Below, in pieces: positions 31,601-44,000 of a stretch of DNA of 64,000 nt. The stretch is from Zygnema circumcarinatum SAG 698-1b. Lineage: Eukaryota > Plantae > Zygnematophyceae. The DNA lies in NCBI GenBank assembly GCA_037447605.1, contig CM074804.1, forward strand, positions 3,387,909-3,451,908. Reading direction: 5' to 3'. The notes under the pieces were generated by a model. That model was not told the origin of the DNA. It saw only the letters and a list, made by a program, of their open reading frames with translations, and made no database searches. Position 1 is the stretch's first letter, and each line of letters opens with the position of its first letter. The position numbers were made by a program, and so were the translations under genes.

Positions 31601-33761
31601 TCCCATTCCGACACAACAAAAACCTCATACTACCTTTCTTGCCACTCTCCACGACAGTACCCAAGAGCAGACCAACTACCTCGACCTTGCCAATGACACA
31701 CCTTTCTCCCGTAAATCCTTATCTGACAACCATACTGAACCTCACACCAACGGCTGCCCCTCCCCCCTCCCCCCCCTCCCTCTCCCCTCCCTTCTGCCCC
31801 TGCTCACAGGGCACCACCTTCGACCTGGTGGTAGTGGACGAGGCCGCGCAGGCCCTCGAGGCGGCGTGTTGGGCCGCCCTCCTGCGGGCGCGAAGGTGCC
31901 TCCTCGCGGGGGACCACCTCCAGCTGCCGCCCACAGTGCAGAGCAAGGAGGCGGAGAGGGAGGGCCTCGGAGTCACCCTCTTTGAGCGTCTCGCCACCTT
32001 GTTGGGGTCAGAGGTGATTTCCTGGATGATGCTGTTTACCGAGAGGTTTGTTGTCAGGGAGTGCAAACCATGTTGTTGTATTTCCTGGGGTCTGTAGTCA
32101 TGGAGTCAGGCAGTGAGTGTGGATATGCAGCTTCTGCGAAGTGGCATGGATTGTAAGAGTGAGCGCCTTCTCCTGAGTCAACCGTAGGTGAGTTTTGGAA
32201 GGAGGTCAGACTGGTTGGAACTTGTTTGATAGCTGTTTTCTGTGGAAAATCGTGTGTACTGCATGGAGCCTGTTTCACGAGAGCTTTAGTCAAAACATTC
32301 GAATTTAGGAGTGTAGTTGCTAATAAACTGGAGACATGCTTGAGAACCATTCGTGTGTGAATGTTTTTAAAGTTTCAAAGTAACAATGTTAAGATTGATT
32401 GGTTTCAGTTCTAGAATTATTCCAAATCTTAAGCCAGTGTCTGTTGAAATGCCCTGTGGAGGTAACTGGGCGCACACCTAAACTTGTTGTGCATGTGCTT
32501 GGCGCAAGTTTAGTGAGCCTCATGGCTTCCGGTCCTTCTCAAATTCCTTCTTTACGATTCCAGTCTGAAGGAATTTCCAAAATCGCAGTGTGTAGTGTGG
32601 CAAGCATTAGCTTTGAAGAAGGAGATCGCTGTAGAGTCATTGACACTTTGAGCTATATAAAAGGTAGTTTTCTTGTATGGCTTGCTTGGAAACAGCGCTT
32701 TGGTCTCGGCTTGTCCAAGTGTAATTGGCTATGTTTCTCCACTTGCGATAACTTTGACCTCTTACATTGGCTTCTTGCAGGCCACAGCCATGCTCACAGT
32801 GCAGTATAGAATGCACGCTGACATCATGCGCTGGTCATCTGAGGAGCTGTACGACGGAAAGGTCACTGCTCACAGCAGCGTTGCCACGCACACTCTCACT
32901 GGTTTGGAGGGCGTGAAGGACAGCTCAGCAGCCACTCCTGTGCTTGTGGTAATTGACACGGCAGGCTGTGATATGGAGGAGTTGATGGAGGAGGAGGGAG
33001 ACAGCAAGCAGAATCCGGGAGAAGCAGCGGTGGTAATGGAACATGCTCGAAGGCTAATAGCTGCTGGGCTCAACGGCGGAGATATCGGCATTATCACGCC
33101 CTATAGTGCTCAGGTATAACCATCACAATGTAAACTGTAGACCAATGTGGGGCACGCAGCGGCCCCTGTCTCATTTATGGATTTTCAGGGTCTTTCTCAT
33201 TTCATGCCTAGAGTCTAAGCCAGTCGGACGGAACTGGAACTCGATCTACATGGTTTCTGTCTGTTAAGAGGAGATACGGGTGTGCCATTCTGCTGCAGGT
33301 TGGCCTGTTGAAGGAGATGCGGGCGACCGAGCCAGGGCTATCAGGAATTGAAATCAGTACTGTGGATGGTTTCCAGGGGCGTGAGAAAGAGGCAATTATT
33401 ATCTCCATGGTTCGATCCAATGATTCGGGAGAGGTAGGTGTCATGATCAAAGATTTTGAACTGCAAAGCTTTTATACAACTCTCTCGTTATAAGTCACGA
33501 AGACCTCCCTTGTGTGGCATCTTTCCAGCAGCTTCCTCGTTGATCTGAACATGAGTAGGTCTGTTATGTCGATGGGAGTCTTAGCAGGTTGGATTTTTGG
33601 CGGATAATCGTCGTATGAACGTGGCTGTCACGCGCGCTCGGAGGCACTGCTGCCTCGTCTGTGACAGCGAGACAGTGGGGTCCAATCCGTTCCTCAAGCG
33701 GATGCTCACTTACATGGAGAACCACGGGGAGCTGCTTAGCGCTATGGAATACGTGTCGTGA
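25690..33761 (+). CDS. SMUBP-2/IGHMBP2-type SF1 (Upf1-like) helicase with an N-terminal R3H domain and a putative ABCF1-like leader
   Basis: Helicase motifs: [13 protein letters not shown] (Walker A), [66 protein letters not shown] and NVAVTRAR. The plant SMUBP-2 start ([15 protein letters not shown]|DAEI..ETAQKRG) is preceded by the R3H motif [16 protein letters not shown]|[21 protein letters not shown]. The leader exon is [14 protein letters not shown]. Helicase and R3H are firm; joining of the leader exon is inferred. Confidence 0.85.
29104..29740 (+). repeat. C-rich (CCCCT/CCCTC)n low-complexity tract in an intron
   Basis: About 640 bp of nearly pure C/T starting 4 nt after the donor CAG|GTGAGG at 29100. 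Confidence 0.9.
29968..30766 (+). repeat. Degenerate interstitial telomere-like repeat (TTTAGGG/TTAGGG) in helicase intron 29100-31051
   Basis: Many exact and variant units, e.g. gggttagggttaggg and tttagggttagggtttagggttcagg, over about 800 bp. The G-rich strand is the sense strand. Confidence 0.85.
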
Positions 33762-34472
33762 TGGAGAGGTTCCTGCAGGCCGGATGGATGGGCCCAGTGA
33801 ATCAATGAAATGTCTGCAAAGCAGATGTCATTTTTTGGTGATGAATTGGAGTAAAAAATCCAAGGTTTAGAGTGTAGGATATAGTGTCTCGAGGGTTCGG
33901 GGCAAGTAAGACAAAGGCGACTGGACATAGTCTGAGTCAAAGAGATTGAAAGGCACTCGGTTTGATTGATTTGACATTAGCTCTTCGTCTCTGTCACTGT
34001 TGTATTGCCACAAGCAGAACTTTTCACTCCGTCGCTAGTGTCCGATGGTAACATCATAAGAATACCCAACACCAACAAAACACTAATGCAGGGCTTCGTC
34101 GACGAAGTACAATCAGACTTGGCCATCCCATGTGTTGCGCACAACCATACACAACATACGAATCACCGAGAAAAGAACACAGAATTTTGAATCGGGAATC
34201 TCATTTCGAATGCAATTGGTGGTATCCACTATTGTACCGTTTTCATGAGACGAGCAGTGAGAATGTACAACTGACTGCATGGGACTGCCCCGCCTCGCCA
34301 AACGAATCATGGCACCCAGCAGCTGGGGCAGCTCTGTCATGCCATGCGAGTCAAGTGAAGCCCCCGGCCAATAAGATGCATTTGGAACACTCTGTATGGC
34401 ATAGTGAGGTATGTCTATGTGCAGGTCCCATGTGGAAGGGCCGTGATGGCTGGTTGGCCCTGCAGGCGCAGG

Positions 34473-35962
34473 CTACCAGCTGCCTTGCGAACTTTTTGTA
34501 GGGTTGACGAAGAATTCGAAGCCCCATTCCGCCGTCAAGGCATACGGTTTGGAAATCTTCACTCCAGCCTCTGTGACAGTTGCAATCTGCAAAAATAAAG
34601 CCACAACTTGCTACCTTGTCAAGACTAGAAACAGTGATACATGTCAAAATAATACCTAGAAAACCAACGCCAGCAGACCGACTCAACATGATCTTGATTT
34701 TTTTTTAATAAACGAAAAGAGAATGCCAGCAATGCGTGCCACAGCAGTAAAACAGATTCGATGATAACAATGTCGATTCCCTCAGTGTCTGGCAAACAAC
34801 TAACTCTAGGGCTTAAAGACTCGGAACGCGCACATGATGCAGAGAGGCCTCTGTCATAAACACATCCTTACCTGTACTTTGTTAAGGGAACCTCGATCTC
34901 GATAGTACAACACTCGCAAGCATTTCTCCAATAGCTTGATACCCTCTTCCTCGGTCATATCTTCTCTGTGCTCTGCCCGAAAGATTGGACGTGCCAAGTG
35001 ATTGCCGAACCCAGTGGCCACATGAGCAGCCGTGTAGTGCACTCCAATCATGTTCACCTGCTCAACAGTCACAGGGAGCAATTTCGAAACAGGAAATAGG
35101 TCTATCAATGAGACATGTGTGACGGATTAGGCCCCTAAAGCAGACTAGACTGCTTGATGTTACATGTCCCACAACATAGCTTCTAAACAGACTAAATTAT
35201 TGCATTTTGTAATTTAAGCATTACCTGTACACTAAACTCAACCTTTGTGCTCTCCACTTGGTTGATGAATAATGATGCTTGTTCGAAGAAAGCGATGCAA
35301 GCAGTTTGACCATCTAAAGAATGTCTAAGCCCTTAAGAAAGTGTCAGGCAATAGCAGGATTGATGCTGCACCATGCCAAGATAGCTGCGTCCATCCTTCA
35401 CTCCACCAATAATGATGCTGTTCCACAGAGGATCGAACTTATTACGCCGATTGTACATCACGCGGTTCAGATAGTTGTGTATATCCCAAGGAGCATAGAC
35501 ATTGCCATCATCATTTGTGTAGTCAATAGTGCTGTACCAAACCATGCGAGCATCAGCATGATTAGTGGAGACAATATGAATAAGTTCTAGGCACACACCT
35601 ATCAACGACGAAAGGGTCACTACGTCAGCTTTGCACAAAATCTAAAAACTAATGGACCAGCAAGACAGTGCATGACAATGGCGGTTGATCTGCAACATGG
35701 GCAAAATTCATAGGCCAAACACCAAACGTAGTTCCTGCTTGCAAAGGTATCAGTATACTAAGGCCATCAGCAATACGTATCAACCACCAATCATATGAGA
35801 TTGGAAGACGGAGTCTGTGAGAATTTGAATGACAGGTCAGCGAATTGAGCTCTGCGATAATCCGCCGCGTCATGAATTAACCGAACAGAGTTGAACATGT
35901 CAGACAAATGTCAAAATGCAACCCGGCTCAAACTCGCCGCCTGAAATGTTCTGTACAAGACA

Positions 35963-36002
<40 letters not shown>

Positions 36003-37514
36003 TCTTCTCTACTTAGAAGAGAGAGCTAAATTTTACACAATTCTTCAGCTAACCTGCACTGTGATGGATGAGGGGTCGTACTCAAGCTCGTCCAGAAGTG
36101 TGTTGATGTAAAAGAAATCGCTAAGCTCCCCACTAGCTCCAATTACTGTATGATTTCCAACCGCCTTCAAGCGCTCCACTGACTTGTATCGCAATGTGGA
36201 CCCATAAGCTCCTGCAGTCTCAGAAAAAAATATTTCATAACTTGGCAGGTGATCCATCACAAGACAAGGAGAAGCGGCAAATCTATACACAACGGTAAAA
36301 GCATAACATTTTATCAACAGATAAAAACACGAGTACATCAAAGTGAGAATGAACAAACATCAAAATGTTGCAAGAGAAAACAAAATCCATCTAGACGACC
36401 AGGGGATGTCAAAACTGGTCCAAACCCAGGTTCCATAATTACACAAGATACACAAATCTGATGATCTTCCCTTATGACATAAACAGTCAATGCCAGGGGC
36501 AGCCACTCACCTAAGGTATCTGCAGCCAGCAAAACCCCATCTTTAAACTTGATACCCAAGACTGATGTACCCGTCACGTAAGGATATCTACAGCACCAAA
36601 CAATAAGGAATGGGGGAGAGAGACCGTCAGTCTTTTCAGAAGAATGGAGCATTACAAATATTACAGAAAGAACAAGAATACATAGGGAGAAAACAGAGTC
36701 TATCCACGAAACTCATTTTACCAAACTAGTGATCCACTTAAGCCATTTTAGTTGACCCCTCTTCAAAAATTCATATCCGCGTTGAAGCAAAACAAAACAC
36801 CTTCACATAAGCTGCTATGCCTCTCTCGAAATACAGATTCAATTAGGAAAGGTGACTAATGGGGGAAAATAGTCTCTACCCTCTCTTTCTCTCCTCTCTT
36901 TCCCTCTCTATCTATCTATCTACTCTCGCTAGATTGGCGTGAAAATGGTAGCTCCTAGCCAAATTAACATTGTGATACTCAGAATTAAGCTCGGTCATAC
37001 TTTAAGAAAGAGAATTACTCTCTGCAGTCATCCGACAAGAATAACAAGGGAAGTGTACAACTAACAAGGCCTTGAGGAGCAACGAGAGGAATTGCCCTTA
37101 TTTGGAGACTGCTACATCCGATTAGAGAGGCTTCAAGAACCGACTGCAGAGTAGTAAGAAAAAATATGTATTCATAAAATGCTACGAACTTAGAATCAAC
37201 TGCAAACTGCTTGAAGTCCGGCAAAACGTCGTGCTTGCAGCAACAAAGAATTCCACTAGATCCTGTTCCTGAACAGGTCTCCCTCCTCCAATTTATGGCA
37301 TTCAGAAGTGCAAGAGCGGGTGAGGAAAACGCGCAAGGGCCCAAACGACATACACTGTCTTCTTTGTAGGCTCGCTCAGCAGCCTGGGAATCTCAATTCT
37401 GCCGTTGGACGAGGCGCCCTCTGACGACTCCTGCCGCGCGGAGCCAGTCAGGAGCGGCGGGCCGGGCGGGCAGCCGAAGCCTTTGTAGCGCTGCACGTCC
37501 AGGAGGCCGTCCAT
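34473..37514 (-). CDS. PBG1: 20S proteasome subunit beta-7 (beta type-4, PSMB4/PBG1), multi-exon
   Basis: KKTV|YPYVTGTSVLGIKFKDGVLLAAD, YGSTLRYKSVERL, IGASGELSDF, MYNRRNKFDPLWNSIIIGGV, HVATGFGNHLARP, LYYRDRGSLNKVQ and C-terminal QGSW*. Confidence 0.95.
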
Positions 37515-37585
37515 GGCTTCCGGCGAGCGAGCGAGCAAGAAGGCGCAGGCAGACCACCTCTCTCCCTGCACGTCTTCGCCCCCCT

Positions 37586-37704
37586 GGTTTCCGGTTTCTG
37601 GCTTCCAGTTTCCGGTTTCCGGTTTCTGGTTTCTGGTTTCCGGTTTGTGGTTTGTGGTTTGTGGTTTGTGGTTTGTGGTTTGTGGTTTTCGGTTTGTGGT
37701 TTGT
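37586..37704. repeat. Heptamer tandem array (GGTTTNN)17 upstream of the proteasome beta-7 start
   Basis: Units ggtttcc, ggtttct and ggtttgt stay in phase over 119 bp, 72 bp upstream of the ATG at 37514. Confidence 0.85.
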
Positions 37705-38331
37705 GGTTCGAGTCTCGCCAAGTCGGCATCGCGAGTTTTCGGGTTTCTGGTTTTGGGGTCTCGAATCCTCGCGTCCGCAGTTTCAGGTGGCGGGTTCGAT
37801 CTGTCCTGTCGATCGTAGTTTCGTTCCTGCCGTTTCTGGTCAAGTTTTCACTCGGATTGCGGCTCTCTTAGAGCGTGATTGCTCACTCACCGTAATGTTA
37901 ACACGAAGATGAATTCATGTTCCGCTTCCAGTTTCGGTTAAGGCTTTGTTTTCAGGCTTTGGTTCCCAATTTCCAGTTCCTTGTGAGTATCGACGCGACG
38001 AACCTCCAGGCAAAAACACTTCTGGCCAAAAGCAACTGCACAGCTGCTATGCAGCAAAGGTCCCAACCGCAGCACTTTCAAACACTTTCATCACTTTCAT
38101 CAGCCTCGCCATCGTGAGATCAATGCCACTTCGTCCCCTTTCAAATGGCCGACAATCCAAAGAATAACAAGGTACAGCTTTCAAGAACAGAATGAGACAA
38201 GCGCGCATCAGCAACGAGCGGCGCGCTTTCCTAAGCCTTTGGCAGATTCCCTCTAATCCTGCTCAGGCTTGACATGTTGCCTCCAGACCACCCCTCCATC
38301 AGCAGCGTGACCCCACATGGCAGTTAACTTC

Positions 38332-40842
38332 CTATTCATCCCCCCACATGGGCTCCTGCTTAACGGTCCCACCTTTCTTGCCACTGCTCTGTTTACGCCT
38401 GTCAGCTACATGCTCAGCTGGATGCTCTCCCTGCGGTTTGGGCGGGAGAACGTTATAATGCAGCATTCGGCACTCCACCCCCCCCACAACAACGGGCCAC
38501 TTCTGCGCCGCCCGCATGCGCAACTCACTCGTTATTGAGCGATTGCCGCTGAGCACAAACACGTCAGCCCCGCTGCATTCGGCCTTGAGGAAGCGACCCA
38601 AGCTTTGCCACGTGTCACTTAGCCAGTGTGCTTCTTCACCGCTGCACAGCCCCCAAGCACCAAAGGATGCCCAGGTTTTCAACCAAAAACGTGGGCATAT
38701 ATTCGCAACCAACACAGCCACATAAATGGAATTTGAGTGTCACAGTCTACTTCTCGTTCTAGGAAAACACGAATTGATGTCAGGATCCTCACGTCAACCA
38801 TTTCTCGCGTGGAATTCAAACAATTTGGGAAAGCAGAGAATGCTAAAGGGTTCCATCAACTGCTTTTGACAAAACATAGCGACACTGGACCCACCATACA
38901 TACACAATGAAGGTAGAAGGTGGCAAGCGTGCCTCATCTGACCAAGTCGTGCACCCCAAGGGGGATTCACCACCACAAGAGAGGGAGATACTGGAGGTCG
39001 ATATTCAGCGCAGTCACTGCAACTCAGCTCCAAGTGGTGCAGCACGCCTGCAGTTCGGGCATCCCTTTCGCACAACGAAAGTGCGCCACCATGGATGTCA
39101 TTGCCAAGGAGGCGCAAGCCTTCCGGTGCTGCTCGTTTCAAGGCCTCCGCTTCCTCCAGACTCCTTGTCCATAATTGTGGAGAATAATCAGGCCAAAACT
39201 GCACACGGAATCCATAAGTCAGCAGGGACCTTACAATTGCAGAAAGCCCTCTGAAAAGGACAGAGCCGAACCAAGGCAGCCCACAAAGGCTGCCTACGTT
39301 TAAATTGAAAAAAATATTTTCAGACGAGAACAGAATAGCCTACCTACACACACCATTCTATCCTCATCCCTACAAGGGTGAGGCAGCACATGCAAGAAAG
39401 GGAATCCTCACTCACACAATGTCCAGCACCTCATTATGCAAAGGAACAACACAGCAGTCGTTCTCCAGACCAAAAACTGCACCTGAAAGGGCCATTCGCT
39501 GCGAAAAAGTCCAGGTGCGTGATTGGTTGCAATTAGAGCTGCCTCAATGAGCAGAGTCCCAGACCCGCACATCGGATCAAGGAGGACGTGTTCGTGTGGC
39601 TGCTTTGGTGGCCTCCTGTTACTATCTATGCTTCCGCCACTGCGATGAGCTCTTTCTCCTTCGTTCCATAACTTCTCCTCACTCTCGTCCAACAGTCCAA
39701 TCCTCTCCCTCCACTTGGCCCGCATCAACAAAGCGGCCGCAATGCCCTCGGACAAACTGGCTCGGTGCATCACGTCGCGGTATCCGCGCTTATGCAAGCT
39801 TGCCCCACTCATATCACGATAAAGCACAGCACGCTCACGAAATAATGAAAGAAAAAGTGGTAAATCTGCACATTCTCCAGGCATCGGAGGTTCTGGCTTC
39901 ACTCCTCCATATGAGTCTCTCAGAGCATCACATATGGCATCCTTGGCTCTAGTGGTCACAAGGCGGCTGTTGCTTACTGACTCGCAGTCCCATACTCGGC
40001 TCTCCACTGAAAATGTCCGCGCTAAGCGAGTAAAACCTTTTACACTCCCGTTCTCTGGTCGTTGCAAGCTCGGCTTCAAAGGGCCCTTAGACCCGTTCTT
40101 CCAGCCACGCCCTGCCTGCTCGGTAGGATTTACAAGGTCCGCCCACTTCACAGTGCTCCTCATGAACTCATACACTGAATCTCCAGCAGCCGCGCGGGGG
40201 TCCAAATCCGCTGCTGCCAAGCGTAGGAGCACTCGCACGGCACAGCGGAGCCATAAATTGGCTCTGCCCTGCATTACATCCCCAATCAATGGCTTCAACC
40301 CTTCCTGAACATGTTTACTTTGTTGACAGCTTAACTGAAAAGGAAAAAGAACCTCAGGATAATTAGCTGCTCCATGATGAATGCCGAAGGCCAAAGGCCT
40401 TCATCAGAACTTGGGCTGCAGTATTTTGATTAGTGCAATCCAGCGACAAACCAGCAAGATTTTCCCCTGAGAGGCTGCACCTATAGCCAGTCGCCATGGA
40501 GCCACAAAATGCCACGCCTGAGCTTCCCGCCTGCACTCCTGTCGCACCAATGCGCGCCGATTCAAGCTCTGCCGCCACCAAGTCCTCCACGCCTGGCGCA
40601 CACGTAGCAAAAAACTGCAAATTCCCCTCCCTCTCTTCCTCACTCCCACCTCTGCCCCCACTTCCGGCCTCGCCGTCTCTGTAAGGGCCATTTGCAGCCG
40701 CCCTGACACTCAGTCTGAGCCCTGCACAGCCCCTTTGCAAGCTCCAAACTCCCGCCAGCGCAAGCCCGCCTGCGGTCTGTGTCTGCAGAGCGTGTGGCGG
40801 GCACAGGAAAGGCCTCGCGAGAGAGGCCCCGGCAGCCGCCAT
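38332..40842 (-). CDS. THUMP-domain RNA methyltransferase, RlmL/RlmKL-like (23S rRNA m2G type), probably organelle-targeted
   Basis: FFATCAPGVEDLVAAEL, RANLWLRCAVRVL, AKDAICDALRD, SLHKRGYR, LLDPMCGSGTLLIEAAL (SAM binding), GNDIH and VVVNPPWGARLG (NPPY-like). The Ala/Ser-rich N-terminus looks like a presequence. Confidence 0.85.
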
Positions 40843-41061
40843 GGCAGCGCGCTGAGAGGTGAGGCGGGGCGGGGCGGCGCTAAAACTATCTCGCCGAAAA
40901 GTGCCCTCCCGCACGTGCGAGCCCGCAGAAAATACTGTACGAAAAGAAGAGAGAAGTGCGATGCGCGAGGAGAGCGTGGGTGAGAGAGGGGGAGGAGGGG
41001 GAGGAGCGAAAGGAAGAGGAAGAGGGAGAGGGGGGAGAGGGGGGAGAGGGGGGAGAGGGGG

Positions 41062-44000
41062 ATGGCGCGCGTTCGGGCGGCGCAGCTGCTTGTGAGGGCA
41101 GTGTGTCCGCTGCGCCTGCCTGCCGCCTTGGCGCCGCTTCCCCTCAGCCGCTCGCTGCACAGCTCGGCGTTTACTCGGTGGCCGCGTCTTCAGGTACTCG
41201 TATGTTCCCCGCAGCCTGGAGCCTTGGCCTCGCCGAAAGGGACCCTCGCCTTTTTTGCAGATATGCATTGCCCTGCGTCGTAGCTTCTGTTTTGGGTGTC
41301 AGGAAGGAGAAAAGCTATCTATTTTAGAAGAAGGCTGGAAGACACTGATTTATCTCAAGTGTCAAATTCGCATGGGCTACAGGCGTCCATAGCTGCAGAG
41401 GAGGCAACGCAGGCGCAGAAATCTTTGTCGTTCCACGTGCCTTCCGCGAATGCATATCCTCCTCATGGCCACACAACATTCCTCCATGAAAATGAGGCAG
41501 AAAATGAGGAGGAAAATGTCGGGCTTGAAGTGGAGATTGAGAATCCTGCAGGCGATGATGCTATGGGCTCGCCGAGGTCAGGTGCAGCACAAGGTGTGGC
41601 AGACTGACGCTGTGTTCTGCCTGGTTATGGATTACCTGGCAAAAAGCTCTGTCGCAGGGAACCGACAGAACAGTGCTTCGCTGTGTTCAATGCTTGCGTA
41701 CTTTAATGATTGTGTTATTTTTAAGTGCTCTGGTCGAGTCCAGTGCATCGTAGTCACAGCAGCTGTACCAGTAAGAATTTTCCTCTTGTCCCTGAGCTTG
41801 GGAATGGAGCCTTTTCAATTTTGAATCTATTGATCATAAGCTGAACCAGTTATGCATCAATTCGGCTGCAAAAATAACGCAGAATCGATTTATAAAAATG
41901 TCAAAGAAAGAGGGAACATGAAATTGAGATGACGGGTTTGGCCTCACTTCCTTTTTCTGCACAACCACTTTCAGGATTACAAACTGTGAAGTTGAAGGTG
42001 CTTCATGAAGGCCAACATAATTTGACGGATCAGAGTATACCGTGGCACACCTGGCGAGTGCTGAGGACCCTCCATGATGCAGGTTGGAGCCATGGGATAA
42101 TCTCTGACCTTGACATTTTTAACGCCTGTCCTTGAACTAGGTGCTTTTAGGCTGTAACGTATATCAACTTTTCATGTGGTTTTCAATTCTGGTGTCCTAT
42201 TTTACTTAGAGGTATGCATTTCCTTAAATGGATGTATAGAAGTTTGGCTAACTGTTTGGCTGTTGGAATGGGCCAAAACTTGGAACTGGGCTTGTATCAT
42301 TTGTACCAGGCCATGAGGCATACGTTGTGGGGGGAAGCGTTAGAGACTTGTTCCTGGGGGAGACTCCGAAGGACTTTGACGTCTTGTCTACTGCTGACCC
42401 ATACCAGGTTTGTGTTGCCTCATCTTCGTCTGTCTGATTGTTAGCGGAAGTACCAGTTTTGTGGCTTTGGCAAAGTGGTTACCTCAGACTAAACCCCGTG
42501 CTATTTGTGAACTGATGGGGATGAGTTACAGATTCACAAGGGGGATGAGTCTGTAATTTTCTCTTGAATTTGGATGTGGCTTTACTTCATGTCAAAGTGT
42601 ACAGTTGACTCTTTAGTTGGTGTGTTTTTTGATTCTAAAGCACTTGACCGTTCCAGAGTGCAAAAGTGCGTCAAAGGTTGTTAGATTCATGACGTCCCAC
42701 TTCAATACCGCTCATGCTCTAGACCTTTTGTGACGTAAATGAGAAGATATCGTATTTCATCTGCATCATTTGGATGCAGATGATTGTTGCAACCTCCTAG
42801 GCACCTTTTGGTTTTTTTTCTGATTTTTTAACCGTATCTCGCTTATCGCCTTTTACTGGATTCTTGGAATCCTGCCTATTCCAAGGAGTCACGACGGGTG
42901 CTAGTGGTTTAAAAATTTAGCAGCTTTCAGTTACTAAGTTATGATTCAGCCTTCATCTCTGTGTCTCTGAAGTGGAGGGAAAGAAACTTTTTACGCAAAA
43001 AGTTGTCTGGAGTTTTGAACTTCCCGCTTCCAATGTTTTCAAAAGAATAGTCCATAACAGTTGCAGCTGTTTAGATAGTGCTGTCATCAGATTCCGTGTT
43101 AGGCTGATGTAACATGTATCACAGTATTTGAAATCTTGCGTTGCTTGTGTTCTGAGCACAGGTCAAAAGATTATTCCAGGGAAGAGCGATTGTGGTGGGT
43201 CGCCGTTTCCCCATTTGCCATGTGCGAACTCATGGCATCATTACTGAGGTGGGTCATGCTTCCTATTGAAATATGCAGCTCGAGCTTCTTGCTTGCCCTG
43301 AGCCTTGCTTTGCATTCTGTCAGTGACGCTGTCTTCTAGAAAAGATTCAGCATATCCAAGCCTCTAGAATTTTCCCTGCATAGTGCAATGCATCTTCCGT
43401 GGCGGACACATCCTTTCTACAGATTTTGTTGAACGGCTTTCAAGTGTAGGCCCCTGTAAAGCAGTTGTGTTCAGTCTCGTCACCTCCCTTATTTTGAGTT
43501 GCAACGTTATTGGCGCATGCCAGTGTGCACTTTTGAAGTTGACTTTTTCTGCCAAAGGCCCTATAGATTCTGTTCCACGATCCCCTTCTATGCTTAGAGT
43601 GTGATTGAACCCATTCTCCGGCAGGTATCGAGCTTCAGCACAGAATCAAAAGACCCTTTTTTAAAAGGGAAAGGAAGGAAGAAGCAGCAATTGAAATTGA
43701 AGAAGCAGCGCTTTAATGGTGGGAATCCTGCAATGAACTCTAGTGAATATGAGTGGGATGACCGCGATACTGCGAGATGGAGAAACTCCCTCAAACGAGA
43801 CTTTACTGTGAATGGGTGCGTAAATCTGTCTTGATTTGCATAAATATGTTTCACTCCTGTCCAGAAATTTCAGCTTCAATACCAATGCATTCTTTCTAGC
43901 TGGGAACGAGCTTTTCGTTCTCGATAGAAGTATTCAGCTTCGAACATATTTAATCGCCTGAACTTTGGGAGCAGACCTCTTTGCCTTTAAAGTGGGAGCT

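Noticed and set aside
37302-37912. KPQTTNH/KPETRN repeat proteins
   Set aside because: Translations of the heptamer array. There is no ATG upstream of 37514 in the relevant frame.
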